A DNA stretch of 64,000 bases from Candidatus Marinacidobacterium sp. (GCA_965204755.1 OZ242011.1:3200001-3264000), one strand, 5' to 3'; counted from the stretch's first letter, positions 18,138 to 30,291 are shown. Numbers and translations: made by a program. Notes: generated by a model from the letters alone, not told the origin.

Positions 18138-18164
18138 CGGGCGGGCGTATCCTACGCGCGCCCC
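18138..18164. promoter_or_regulatory. 27-bp dyad-symmetric divergent promoter region
   Basis: CGGGCGGGCGTA-TCC-TACGCGCGCCCC. TATCCT (+) and TAGGAT (-) each lie 11 nt from their start codon. Confidence 0.55.
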
Positions 18165-19658
18165 GTGTCCCCTGCGACGACCGTTCCCGACCTCCTCCCC
18201 AACTTCGTCGGCGGCGAGTTCCTCGCTTCGTCGTCGTCGGAGACGCTGCCCGTCTTCGACCCCGCCACCGGCGCGGTGCTCGCCCGGGTGCCGCTCTCCC
18301 CCGCCGAGGACATCGGCCGGGCGGTCGCCTCCGCGAAGGAGGCGCTCGCCGACTGGCGCGAGACCCCGGCGCCGGACCGGGTGCAGCCGCTCTTCCGGCT
18401 GAAACAGATCCTGGAGCGGGACTTCGAGGATCTCGCCCGGCTGGTGACCACCGAGTGCGGGAAGACGCTCGCCGAGGCGCGCGGGGAGATGCGCCGCGCG
18501 GTCGAGAATGTGGAAGTCGCCTGCGGCATCCCGACCCTGATGCAGGGCCGGATGCTCGAGGACATCGCCCGCGGGATCGACGAGTTCCTGGTGCGGCAGC
18601 CGGTGGGGGTGGTGGCGGTGATCGCGCCGTTCAACTTCCCGGCGATGATCCCGTTCTGGTTCCTGCCGTACGCCCTCGCCTGCGGGAACACGGTGGTGAT
18701 GAAGCCGTCCGAGAAGGTCCCCCTCACCATGCATCGGATCGCCGAGGCCTTCCGCGAGGCGGGTTTCCCGCCCGGCGCCCTGCAGGTGATCCACGGCGGC
18801 CGGGAGGCGGTGGACGCGCTGCTCGACCACCCGGACATCGCCGCGGTGAGTTTCGTCGGCTCCTCGCCGGTGGCGCGGAGCATCTACCGGCGCGCCGCGG
18901 AGAACGGGAAACGGGTGCAGGCCCAGGGCGGCGCCAAGAACCCGGTGGTCGTCCTCGAAGACGCGGACCTCGGCGCCGCGGTCGCCACCGTCGGCGAGAG
19001 CGCGTTCGGCTGCGCCGGACAGCGTTGCCTCGCCGCCTCGCTGGCGATCACCGTCGGGGAAGCGCACCGGCCGTTCACCGAAGGAGTGGGCGCGCTGGCC
19101 GAGTCCCGGGTCGTCGGCTCCGGGCTCGACGAAGCGGTGGAGATGGGGCCGGTGATCCGGGGCGAAAGCCGGCGCCGCATCGAAGGCTTGATCGCCGAGG
19201 CGGTCTCCTCCGAGGGCGCGGTCCCGGTGGTGGACGGACGGGGCGCGCGCGTCGCCGGCGGCGAAGACGGGTTCTTCGTTCGACCCACCGTCCTCGACCG
19301 CCTGCCGGCGGAGGGGAAGACCGCGCGCACCGAGATCTTCGGGCCGGTGCTGGGTGTGATCCGGGTGGACACCGTGGACGACGCCGTCTCGCTGGTGAAC
19401 GGCGGCGAATACGGGAACATGGCGTGTCTGTTCACGAGCGACGGCCGGGCGGCGCGGGACTTCCGCCACCGGGTGCTCACCGGCAATGTGGGAATCAATG
19501 TGGGGGTCGCCGCCCCGATGGCCTTCTTCCCGTTCAGCGGTTGGCGCGGGAGTTTCTTCGGGGACCTGCACGCCCAGGGCGCCCACGCCGTCGAGTTCTA
19601 CACGCAGACCAAGGTCGTCATCGAGCGCTGGCCCAAAGACGCCTCCCGGCGTTTCTAG
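18165..19658 (+). CDS. mmsA: CoA-acylating methylmalonate-semialdehyde dehydrogenase
   Basis: PFNFPAMIP, KPSE, SFVGS, GGAKN, AFGCAGQRC, EIFGPV, FPFSGWRGSFFGDLH. Confidence 0.92.
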   Translation: MSPATTVPDLLPNFVGGEFLASSSSETLPVFDPATGAVLARVPLSPAEDIGRAVASAKEALADWRETPAPDRVQPLFRLKQILERDFEDLARLVTTECGKTLAEARGEMRRAVENVEVACGIPTLMQGRMLEDIARGIDEFLVRQPVGVVAVIAPFNFPAMIPFWFLPYALACGNTVVMKPSEKVPLTMHRIAEAFREAGFPPGALQVIHGGREAVDALLDHPDIAAVSFVGSSPVARSIYRRAAENGKRVQAQGGAKNPVVVLEDADLGAAVATVGESAFGCAGQRCLAASLAITVGEAHRPFTEGVGALAESRVVGSGLDEAVEMGPVIRGESRRRIEGLIAEAVSSEGAVPVVDGRGARVAGGEDGFFVRPTVLDRLPAEGKTARTEIFGPVLGVIRVDTVDDAVSLVNGGEYGNMACLFTSDGRAARDFRHRVLTGNVGINVGVAAPMAFFPFSGWRGSFFGDLHAQGAHAVEFYTQTKVVIERWPKDASRRF

Positions 19659-19693
19659 CCCGGCCGGCGTCGCAACCCGGCTCTCCGCGCGGG

Positions 19694-20518
19694 GTGGACG
19701 GCGGGGACGGGCGTCGGCCGGACCCGGAGACGGGGTCGGGCCCGGCGGAGTCGGAGGTCGGAGCGGCGCCCGCCGCCGTCCCGGCCCGCCGGAAGCGCGA
19801 TCCCGCCGGAAGGCGGCGGCAGGTGCTGCGCCGCGTTTGGAAGCCGGTGATGTGGGCGTTCTTCGTCCTCAATGTCGTGCTGCTGCCGCTCGTGGTCGGA
19901 GGCGGCGCCGCCGGGCAGCCGGCGGAAGTTCCCGGCTGGATGCCGCAGGGCCTTTTGCCCTTCATCCTCGCGCAGGCGCTGCTCGTCGGTTTCGCCCTGC
20001 CGAACTCCGTCTTCTGCCTGGCCGCGGGCGCCCTCTTCGGTCTCGGCCGGGGAGCGCTCGCCGCCGCGACCGGCAGTTACGGCGCGGCCCTCGTCGCTTT
20101 CTTCGTGGGCCGGTTCCTCGCCGCGAGACTGCTCCGCCGCGGCGCCGGCCGCTTCCCCTCGCTCGGCGCGTTCCTCACCGCGCTGGGAGAAGCGAACGCC
20201 CGCACGGTGTTCCTCACCCGGCTGTCCCCGCTGTTCCCGTTCGTGGTGCAGAACTTCGGCTGGTCGTTCAGCCCGATCCGCTTCCGCAGTTACGCCCTCG
20301 GCTCGCTCTTCGGCGTCCCCGTCGGCGCGGTCTTCTTCGCCCACCTCGGCGCCGCCGGCAGCGCCGGCGCCGCCCTCGCGACCGGCGGTTTCTCCTGGCC
20401 GGAAGCGGTCACCGTCGTGGGTATCGCCGCCACCTTCCCCGTCGTCCGCTGGCTCGGCCGCCTCGCCGACCACGCCCTCACGGGGACACTTCCCCGGAGG
20501 ACTGACCCGGCAACCTGA
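19694..20518 (+). CDS. TVP38/TMEM64 (VTT/DedA-like) membrane protein
   Basis: LP...AAGALFG, RLSPLFPF..QN. Start uncertain. Confidence 0.75.
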   Translation: MDGGDGRRPDPETGSGPAESEVGAAPAAVPARRKRDPAGRRRQVLRRVWKPVMWAFFVLNVVLLPLVVGGGAAGQPAEVPGWMPQGLLPFILAQALLVGFALPNSVFCLAAGALFGLGRGALAAATGSYGAALVAFFVGRFLAARLLRRGAGRFPSLGAFLTALGEANARTVFLTRLSPLFPFVVQNFGWSFSPIRFRSYALGSLFGVPVGAVFFAHLGAAGSAGAALATGGFSWPEAVTVVGIAATFPVVRWLGRLADHALTGTLPRRTDPAT

Positions 20519-21924
20519 TGGCCGGAGTTCCTCTAAACTCTCCCGTGCCCTCGCCCGACACTCTGGGAGGCGGCGCCGAGGCTCCACTCATGACCATCAC
20601 CAAGATTACGGCCAAGGACTTCCGCTGTTTTCGTCGCGCGGAGGCGCGCCTTGCGCCGTTGACCCTTCTCGTGGGCGAGAACAGCACTGGCAAGACCTCG
20701 TTCCTGGCGCTGGTGCGGGCGCTGCTGGACTCGGGCTACGGCCTTCAGGTCCCCGATTTCCGAGAGGCGCCGTACGATTTGGGCACCTTCCAAGACATCG
20801 CCCACAGTCGGGGAGCGAGAGGTGGCACTGCGAGGGCCTTCTCTGCCTCGTTCGAGGCTCGGGACAGGCCCAAAGCGAAGACGCATCGTTATGAAGTTAC
20901 TTTCGAGGAGCGGGCGGCATTCGCCGTTCCCTCCGTTCACCGTTATGCGTCCGGGAAGAACGCGTTCGTGGAACGGGAAACGGACTTCACCATCGAAACG
21001 CCGCGTGGCAAGTGGACGGGCGCGTATTCGGAAACTGGCGTGCCCATCCGGCGTGGTGAGGCATTCTCCATTCCACCATGGTTTGTGCTACGCGAACTCT
21101 TCGCCCGAGGAGAGGCGGCGGACACGATACGCCGTAGGTTGAGGGACGAAAATGGAACGGAGTCTGCTCCCAGCCACGATGATCTGAAGGCAGTGTCGAT
21201 GGCTTTGCGCTCGTTCTCCGCCGTATGGCCGTTGGAAAGACCGTACTGCAGCGCCCCCGTCCGTACTCGACCACTCAGGACCTACGATCCGTTGAAACTG
21301 GCGCCCGATCCAGAAGGAGAGAACATCCCGACCTACTTGGCCAATCTGAGCGCTCGCGAAAAGGATCAATGGGAGGGACTACGCGACCTCTTGGTGTCGT
21401 TCGGCAGTACCGCCGGCCTATTCGACGAACTTCGTGTGAACCGCCTCTCTGGTTCGGGTGGAGGCCCCTTCCAGATCCAAGTGCGGAAACATGCCCTCGG
21501 CAAGAAGGGGCCGTGGCGAAACCTCATAGATGTGGGCTATGGTGTTAGCCAAACGCTTCCGTTCCTCACGGAGCTCAATCGTCATGACGGTGCCGAGATG
21601 TTCCTGCTACAGCAGCCGGAGGTGCATCTCCATCCTCGGGCCCAAGCCGAGGTCGGGAGCCTGTTGTGCAAAGTGGCCGCTTTGGGCCAACAGGTCATTG
21701 TGGAGACACACAGCGACCACTTGCTGGACCGCGTCCGAATGGATGTGAGGGATGGCAAGACCGACTTGGAGCCGAAGGATGTCTCTCTGCTATTCTTTGA
21801 GCGAGGAGACTTGGATGTGAATATCCATTCACTCAAGTTCGACGGGGCTGGCGCCGTTATCGGCGCGCCGGAAGGATACCGGCAGTTCTTCCTCGACGAA
21901 TTGGATCGCTCGATCACTGTCTGA
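20518..21924 (+). CDS. ABC/AAA_21 ATPase with DUF3696-like C-terminus
   Basis: GENSTGKT, DVGYGVSQ.LP, LLQQPEVHLHP, ETHS. Start is 20518 (TGATG overlap) or 20590. Lower GC than the flanks. Confidence 0.85.
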   Translation: MAGVPLNSPVPSPDTLGGGAEAPLMTITKITAKDFRCFRRAEARLAPLTLLVGENSTGKTSFLALVRALLDSGYGLQVPDFREAPYDLGTFQDIAHSRGARGGTARAFSASFEARDRPKAKTHRYEVTFEERAAFAVPSVHRYASGKNAFVERETDFTIETPRGKWTGAYSETGVPIRRGEAFSIPPWFVLRELFARGEAADTIRRRLRDENGTESAPSHDDLKAVSMALRSFSAVWPLERPYCSAPVRTRPLRTYDPLKLAPDPEGENIPTYLANLSAREKDQWEGLRDLLVSFGSTAGLFDELRVNRLSGSGGGPFQIQVRKHALGKKGPWRNLIDVGYGVSQTLPFLTELNRHDGAEMFLLQQPEVHLHPRAQAEVGSLLCKVAALGQQVIVETHSDHLLDRVRMDVRDGKTDLEPKDVSLLFFERGDLDVNIHSLKFDGAGAVIGAPEGYRQFFLDELDRSITV

Positions 21925-21925
21925 C

Positions 21926-22387
21926 ATGTGTGCCATCGTAGATGCCAATCGCTGGCATGAGGTGTTTTCGCCGAAGCGTACGGCTGCCGGCGCTGCCTTT
22001 CGCCGGTGGCTGTTGAGTAAGCGCGGATTCGCCGTGCTGGGAGGCAAGTTGAGGCGCGAGATCGCGGACGGCACGGAGCGCAAGAAACAGGTCCAAGAAT
22101 TCGTGCAGAACGGCATGGTTATCCCAATGCCTGACGCGGATGTGGACGACGAAACGGAGCAGATAAAGAAGGGCGGCGGGCTCCGGTCGGATGACCCGCA
22201 CATCTTGGCGCTGGCGAAGGTCAGCGGCGCGCGCTTGCTCTACACGAATGACCGCGACCTGCAGGACGACTTCAAGAACGCCGACTTCGTCGCCGACGGC
22301 AAGGTCTATTCGACTTTGGAGACGACGAAGCACACTCGCCGTCAACGAGACCTGCTCAAGCGGCAGGTCTGTCAGCGGACTACTTGA
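21926..22387 (+). CDS. PIN-like domain protein
   Basis: IVDAN...SDDPHILALA...LYTNDRDL acidic residue pattern of PIN RNases. Confidence 0.65.
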   Translation: MCAIVDANRWHEVFSPKRTAAGAAFRRWLLSKRGFAVLGGKLRREIADGTERKKQVQEFVQNGMVIPMPDADVDDETEQIKKGGGLRSDDPHILALAKVSGARLLYTNDRDLQDDFKNADFVADGKVYSTLETTKHTRRQRDLLKRQVCQRTT

Positions 22388-22488
22388 AGGGGCCCCCGGC
22401 GGCGGAAATCGGGGACATTCGAACGCTCTGGTCCGTTGGCCGGAACGGGCGTGGTCGGAGTGAGCGCCGGTTCGCGCTCCGCGGCGGT

Positions 22489-23802
22489 TCAGCGCGAAGC
22501 GGTGATGTCGAAGGCGAGCAGGGTGTCCTGGTCCCGGAGGTAGAGGCGGCCGTTCGCGACGACCGGGTGGCTCCAGGTTTCGTTGCCGGAGCGGTCGGCG
22601 TCGGGGAGGCGGAAGCGGCCGCGCAACTCGAAGCCGGCGCGCGACGGTTCGACCAGGGCGGCGTCCCCGCGTTCGCTGAACAGGTGGAGAAGGCCGTCCG
22701 CGAGGGTGAGGGAACCCTTCGGGATCGCGCGGTCGCGCCAGAGCACCGTTCCGGTGGCGGCGTCCAGCGCGCTCAGGATAGAGCCGGAGTAGCCGTAGAG
22801 CACGCCGCCGTGGAGGACCGGGGTCGCATGGTGGGCGCGCAGGTTCCGGCTGAACCAGACTTCCTCGACATCCACGCCGCCCCGCCCGTCCGACTGCAGT
22901 TCGAGCAGCGCCGCTCCCGTGCCGTAGTCGGAGGACAGGAGCACGCGCAGCGCCTCGCCGTCCGGGCCGGTCGTCGGCCAGACCAGCGGCGTGGCGATGT
23001 TCGCGGTGCGGTTCGAGGCGCGCAGGTAACTCCACAGGACGGCGCCGTCCTCGGCGCGCACGCCGACCGCGCGCTCGCCGCTGAAGAAGATCACATGGGG
23101 CGCGCCGGGCAGCGGCGCCGCCATCGGCGAGGCGTAACCGGCCCGGTCGCTCTCGACAGCCCACTCCAACTCGCCGGTCTCCGCGTCGAAGGCGGCGAAT
23201 CCGGCGCCCCGGCCGCCGGGGGAGACCAGGACCCGGCCGTCGAGCAGGAGGGGCGACTCGCTGATGCCCCAGGAGATGTTCCGGCCGCCGAACCGGTCGA
23301 GGAGGTTCACCGACCAGCGGACCTGGCCGCTCCGGGCGTCGAGCGCGGTGAGTTGGCCGGTGGCGCCGAGCGCGTAGGCCCGCCCCTCCGCCACCGTCGG
23401 GACGCTGCGGGGGCCGTCGCCGCGCCATTCGCGGAAGCCTTCGGCGTGCGGCGTCGTCCAAAGCGCCGATCCGGTGGCGGCGTCGAGCGCGACGACCCAC
23501 TCGCGGTCCGACCACATCCCCAGCGTGTGGACGCGCCCTTCGGCTACGGAAACGGTGGAGTAGCCGGCGCCGAGGCCCTCGGCGCGGAAGAGGAGCGGCG
23601 GGCCGTCCGCCGGCCACGCCCGGAGCAGCCCGGTCTCCCGCGACACGCCGTCGCGGCGGGGGCCGCGCCACTGCGGCCAGTCTTCGGACGCGCCGGCCGC
23701 GGAGGGCAACAGCAGCGCCACGCCCAGCGCGACCGAGACGGGGACGGCTCCCGGCCGCCTGACGGGATTCATCGGGCGCCGCCCGGCGCATCGCGGATTC
23801 AT
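22489..23802 (-). CDS. PQQ-like beta-propeller protein, exported
   Basis: DWPQWRGP.RDG, repeated ALDA.TG...W, WSHPVVANGRLYLRD. Confidence 0.88.
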   Translation of the reverse strand: MNPRCAGRRPMNPVRRPGAVPVSVALGVALLLPSAAGASEDWPQWRGPRRDGVSRETGLLRAWPADGPPLLFRAEGLGAGYSTVSVAEGRVHTLGMWSDREWVVALDAATGSALWTTPHAEGFREWRGDGPRSVPTVAEGRAYALGATGQLTALDARSGQVRWSVNLLDRFGGRNISWGISESPLLLDGRVLVSPGGRGAGFAAFDAETGELEWAVESDRAGYASPMAAPLPGAPHVIFFSGERAVGVRAEDGAVLWSYLRASNRTANIATPLVWPTTGPDGEALRVLLSSDYGTGAALLELQSDGRGGVDVEEVWFSRNLRAHHATPVLHGGVLYGYSGSILSALDAATGTVLWRDRAIPKGSLTLADGLLHLFSERGDAALVEPSRAGFELRGRFRLPDADRSGNETWSHPVVANGRLYLRDQDTLLAFDITASR

Positions 23803-24851
23803 CGGGCGGGGCCCTCGCCGCCGGGCTGGGCGCGGAGCCACTCCCGCGCCGGCGGAAGCGCCGCCGCCCGGAGCGCGGCCAGGTGCTCCGCGAGGCGGCT
23901 GCCCACCGCGGCGGGCTCCTCGTCTCCCGCGCCGGGCAGTTCGCCCATGAACACCTGGACCAGTTCCCGGCCGGGCGGGTCGCCGGAGCGGCCGGTGTAG
24001 CCGGAGAGCACGCGGGTGATCGGTGCGCTGTTCAGCGAACCGCCCTTGGTGAAGGCGCGGCCGTCGGGGGTCTCTTCGGAGAACAGGATTTCGCGCATCG
24101 CCTCGTGGGTCTCCGGCGAGAGGCCGGGCGTCGTTCCGGTCGCGATCTCCGCCAGCACGGCGGCCAGCGAAGCGGCGGTGGCCTCGTTGTCCCCGGTCAC
24201 ATCCCGCGCCGCCAGCATGTAGCGCCGGGCCTCGATCCCGGCGAAATCCGGATGGCGGGCGTGGATCCGCGCGGTCAGCGCCCGCGGCCCGCCGAGGACG
24301 GCGGTCGTGAGGTTGGCGGCGGCGTTGTACACGGCGTTGGAGACATCGTCTCCGCGGATCATGTGGCGCCCCACCGTCCGGACGGTCGCCTCGGTCAGGT
24401 GTTCCCGGATTTCGGCCCGGGTGGCGGCGTCGAAGTGGGCGACGGCCGGATGCTCCGGATCGTCCACGATGGAAGCGGCGCCCGGCAGCGGCCGGTCCAG
24501 CGTCCCCGCGTGCTCGGCGAAGAGTTCGACCAGGTAGGAGGCCTTGATGGAACTCGCCGCCGGCCGCGGAGTCTCCGCCGCCTCCGCGTAGAGGGGTTCT
24601 CCGCCGCTGACCCCGGAGTCCGCGAACCCGATCCACACGCTCCGCTCGAGGCCGGGCAGCCCGTCGGCCGGGACCGTCCCGAGGGCGGCGGCGATCGCCG
24701 CCGTCCCCTCGCCGGGCGACGGCGGCGCGGCGGTCGGAGGCGCCGCGCAGGCGAGCGAGCCGGCCAGCGTCAGCGCCCCGAACAGCCGGCCGGCCGCGGC
24801 GAAGGCGGCGCTCTTGCCGCGCTGTCGGGGGAGGGTGACCGGATGTCTCAC
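23799..24851 (-). CDS. class A beta-lactamase-like serine hydrolase lipoprotein
   Basis: Lipobox LAC, PAASSIK (SxxK), VSN, KGGS. AGGAG SD before GTG 24851. Confidence 0.7.
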   Translation of the reverse strand: MRHPVTLPRQRGKSAAFAAAGRLFGALTLAGSLACAAPPTAAPPSPGEGTAAIAAALGTVPADGLPGLERSVWIGFADSGVSGGEPLYAEAAETPRPAASSIKASYLVELFAEHAGTLDRPLPGAASIVDDPEHPAVAHFDAATRAEIREHLTEATVRTVGRHMIRGDDVSNAVYNAAANLTTAVLGGPRALTARIHARHPDFAGIEARRYMLAARDVTGDNEATAASLAAVLAEIATGTTPGLSPETHEAMREILFSEETPDGRAFTKGGSLNSAPITRVLSGYTGRSGDPPGRELVQVFMGELPGAGDEEPAAVGSRLAEHLAALRAAALPPAREWLRAQPGGEGPAR

Positions 24852-25083
24852 GACCGGATGTCTCCTGAACACTTCGGCGGCGGAGACCCCCGCCGCCCGG
24901 GGGCGGAACTCTACGCGCCCGAAGAGAGGGAAGGGACCGCCCCGGCTTTGCTGCTTCGCGAACCCGTCTTCACCCTTCGCAAAAAATCTCACAGTCCGCC
25001 AAGATTTCTGGTCCAAATCAATCACGGACCGGCGGAATTTGCCACGATTGTTGAACGACTGGATTATTTCTCTCGCTCAAAGT

Positions 25084-25092
25084 TGGTATAAT
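25084..25092 (+). promoter_or_regulatory. extended -10 promoter TGgTATAAT
   Basis: Consensus TATAAT at the end of an AT-rich patch, facing the TetR pair. Confidence 0.6.
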
Positions 25093-25221
25093 GGGCTACT
25101 TCCGCGAGCGCACGCGGCAAGTTTCTTCCCCGAGGGGGGAGAGACCTTCCTCTCTCCGGGCGCCGCGACCTCCATTCTACCTTCGGCCCGACCATCCCCG
25201 CAGTTTGTCCGGCTTGGCCCG

Positions 25222-25252
<31 letters not shown>

Positions 25253-25486
25253 ACGAGTCGGGCGTCGAGGGGAATGTCGAAATCGCCCTCGACCGGTTCG
25301 TCGGCTTCCCGGAAGTCCGTCCCTCCCGGACCGGGCCGGCCTGACCGGCGCCGAGACCGGCGCGACGCCGGCCGGCGAGCGCCCGCGTTCCTGGCGTCGG
25401 CCGGCGCCGTGACTTCGGATCGCCCCGCGGCGCCGGCGCCGGGCCCCGCCTTCGGCGACCGCGCTCCGACCGGAGGACTGCGACCG

Positions 25487-26131
25487 ATGCGGCGAAAGCA
25501 GCAGCGGGCCCTTTCGTCCCGGCGCGCCCTGTTCGAGGCCGCCTTGGACGAATTCGCCGATGTCGGGTTCGAAGGCGCCTCGACGCGGCGGATCGCCGAC
25601 CGGGCCGAGGTCAGCGTCGCCCTGATCCGGCACCACTTCGGCAGCAAGGAGGACCTTTGGAAGGCGACCGCGGAGGAAGTCTGCGGCGCTTTCGCCGCCC
25701 GGCTGGCCCGGCGGCGGGAGGGGCTCGCCGGCGTCGGCGACCGGACGCTCCTGCGGCTCCTGCTTCGCGAGTACCTCCGGTTCTTCGGCGAGAGGCCGCA
25801 GGCGGCGCGGTTCCTGGTCCAAGCGAACCATGCCCCCCGCGAGTTGCTCGAGTGGATGGTGGAGCGGTTCGTCGCGCCGGCCGACGGCTGGCACGCCGCG
25901 CTGCTCCGGCGAACGCAGAAGATCGGCTTCTTCCCTTCCGGCGACCTCTTCCTCCTGCGCTTCGTCTTTCTCGGCGCAGCGACTTCCCTGTTCAGTTTCG
26001 GCCCGACGATCTCGATCCTGTCCCGCCGGGACGCCCTCGACGACACCATGTTGGAACCCTTCGTGGAGATGGTGCTCAACATGTTCGTCGGCCCCCTCCC
26101 CACCGGCCCTCCGCGCGCCGGACTCGTCTGA
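25487..26131 (+). CDS. TetR/AcrR family regulator
   Basis: GFEGASTRRIADRAEVSVALIRHHFGSKEDLW; GGAGG SD. Confidence 0.92.
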   Translation: MRRKQQRALSSRRALFEAALDEFADVGFEGASTRRIADRAEVSVALIRHHFGSKEDLWKATAEEVCGAFAARLARRREGLAGVGDRTLLRLLLREYLRFFGERPQAARFLVQANHAPRELLEWMVERFVAPADGWHAALLRRTQKIGFFPSGDLFLLRFVFLGAATSLFSFGPTISILSRRDALDDTMLEPFVEMVLNMFVGPLPTGPPRAGLV

Positions 26132-26242
26132 CCTCGCGGCCCCCGCGCCGCAGCGGTCTGACGCGATTCCGGCGGCCGCGGCTCCTCCCGCTCTCGATTC
26201 GCCGCCGGCGACCGTGAGACGCCGACATACCCAGGACTTCCG

Positions 26243-27031
26243 ATGACCGACACCCAAGTCGAACGCGCCCCGGCTGCGCCGGCCCGCCGCCCGCCGCCCG
26301 CCGCCCGCGCCCGCCCGGCGGACGCTCCCGCCCCGCGGCGCGAACAGGAGCGAACGAAACGCACCAAGCGGGCGATCCTGGGATCGGCCCTGTCGGAATT
26401 CGCCCGCCACGGTTTCGAGGGCGCTTCGACCCGGCGCATCGCCGAGTCGGCGGGCATCACGCCCGCGCTCATCGGCCACCACTTCGGGGACAAGGAGGCT
26501 CTGTGGAAGGCGGTCGCCGCCGACACCTACGACCGCTTCCTCAAGCGGTTGGCGGGGAGGCACGCCGGCCTCGAGGGGGTGGACGACTGGAACTTCCTCC
26601 GGTTGATGCTCCGCGAGTACCTGCTGTTCTTCTCCGAGGAGCCGGACTTCTTCCGCTTCGTCTTCCACGCGAACCAGGGCGACCCCGACCGGCTCGACTG
26701 GCTGGTGGACACTTACATGGCCCCCTCCGGGCAGCGGTACATGGCCCTCCTCGGCCGGGCCCAGGCCGCCGGCTGGATCATCGAAGGCGACCTCTACAGT
26801 CTTCGCTACCTCTTTTGGGCGGCGGCCGGCTGGATGTTCGCCTGCGACGGTGGCTTCCGGCGGATCTCCGGCCGCGACCCCCGCGACCCCGCGTTCCTCG
26901 AAGAACATGTGGACCTGGTGCTGCGGCTCTTCCTCCGTCCGGGGGGGAGGGCGGCGGAGGGCCGCGAGGAAGCGGAACCGGCGGCGGCGCCCGCGCCGGC
27001 GCTGCCCGGACGACTCGCCACCAGGGGATAG
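26243..27031 (+). CDS. TetR/AcrR family regulator (paralogue)
   Basis: GFEGASTRRIAESAGITPALIGHHFGDKEALW. Confidence 0.92.
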   Translation: MTDTQVERAPAAPARRPPPAARARPADAPAPRREQERTKRTKRAILGSALSEFARHGFEGASTRRIAESAGITPALIGHHFGDKEALWKAVAADTYDRFLKRLAGRHAGLEGVDDWNFLRLMLREYLLFFSEEPDFFRFVFHANQGDPDRLDWLVDTYMAPSGQRYMALLGRAQAAGWIIEGDLYSLRYLFWAAAGWMFACDGGFRRISGRDPRDPAFLEEHVDLVLRLFLRPGGRAAEGREEAEPAAAPAPALPGRLATRG

Positions 27032-27226
27032 AGCCGCTACCCCGCAGCGGGCGGGCGGTCGATCCGGCGGGGGAGCGGCGAGATCGGCGACCGGGGAGGG
27101 AGATCGACCGCTGTCCGGACGCGCCGTACGAGGGACGGCCCCGGCCGGTCCGAGACCGGCGCGGGGCCGCCGAAGGGGGCGCGGGAGACGACGGCGCGGA
27201 GCGCGCGCCGCCGTTCCCGCCGGGGA

Positions 27227-29449
<2,223 letters not shown>

Positions 29450-29508
29450 TTTTCTGTCTCTCGCGGTCGCTCGGTTGTCCCGCGGGGGCGCCGGGAGCGC
29501 CCGGGCCG

Positions 29509-30291
29509 CTACGCCGCCCGGAGGACGACCTCGAACCCGCAGGCGTCTTCCTCGACCACCGCGTCCGGCGCCGCGTCGGCCCGGAGGCCGACCCCGGCGG
29601 CTTCGAGGGCCGCCCGGTCGGCGTCCGGGTCGGCGGTTTCCAGGACGAGCGCCCGGAGACCCGCCGCTCCCGCGTCCGCGTCGCGGGGAGTCTCGAAGCG
29701 GAGGTCGCAGCCGTTCGGGAAGGGAACCAGCACGCCGCCGTCCGCCGGACGGGCCGCCGCGCCGAAGAGCGTCTCGAACCGTTCGCCGGCGGCCGCCGGG
29801 TCGGGGACCGCCGCCACCACCTCGGCGAGGCGCGTCACGGCCAGCAGCGGGCTCACCCGGCTCGGCGGCGGATCCGGCCAGTTCCAACTGCTCGCATGGG
29901 GCTGGATCAACTCGACCGTGAAGCCGGCGGCGTCCTCCGGGGCGACGAACGCCTCGAAGCCGTCCGCGGCGTGGAAGATGGTGTCCTCGAAGACCGGCGC
30001 CGACCGCTTCACCCGCTCCACCGCCCGCTCGATGTCGGAGACCTCGACGGCGATGTGTTCCAGCCCTTCGCCGACCGATCGCAGGTGCCGGCAGACCCGC
30101 GCCTCCGGGTTCCAGTTGTGAACCACATGGAGCCAGCACTCGTTCCCGAGGAGGACCCGCGAGTCGAGTTGGAACCCCCGCCCCTGGTCGGTGCGGAGTT
30201 CCGCCGGCGGAAGCCCGATCCGCCCGAGCCGCTCCGCCGCCGAAGCGTGCGACCGGTGCGCGGTCCCGATGTGCTGGAGCCGAAGGATCAT
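29509..30291 (-). CDS. VOC/glyoxalase family protein
   Basis: LQHIG, GEGLEHIAVEV.DI, GFTVELIQ. Confidence 0.8.
   Translation of the reverse strand: MILRLQHIGTAHRSHASAAERLGRIGLPPAELRTDQGRGFQLDSRVLLGNECWLHVVHNWNPEARVCRHLRSVGEGLEHIAVEVSDIERAVERVKRSAPVFEDTIFHAADGFEAFVAPEDAAGFTVELIQPHASSWNWPDPPPSRVSPLLAVTRLAEVVAAVPDPAAAGERFETLFGAAARPADGGVLVPFPNGCDLRFETPRDADAGAAGLRALVLETADPDADRAALEAAGVGLRADAAPDAVVEEDACGFEVVLRAA

Noticed and set aside
15765-19586. Apparent 1273-aa protein
   Set aside because: The N-terminal ~480 aa is the antisense shadow of mmsA; the real gene starts near 18137.
23799-24851. Bona fide beta-lactamase resistance gene
   Set aside because: The SDN and KTG motifs are degenerate; only a fold-level call is supported.
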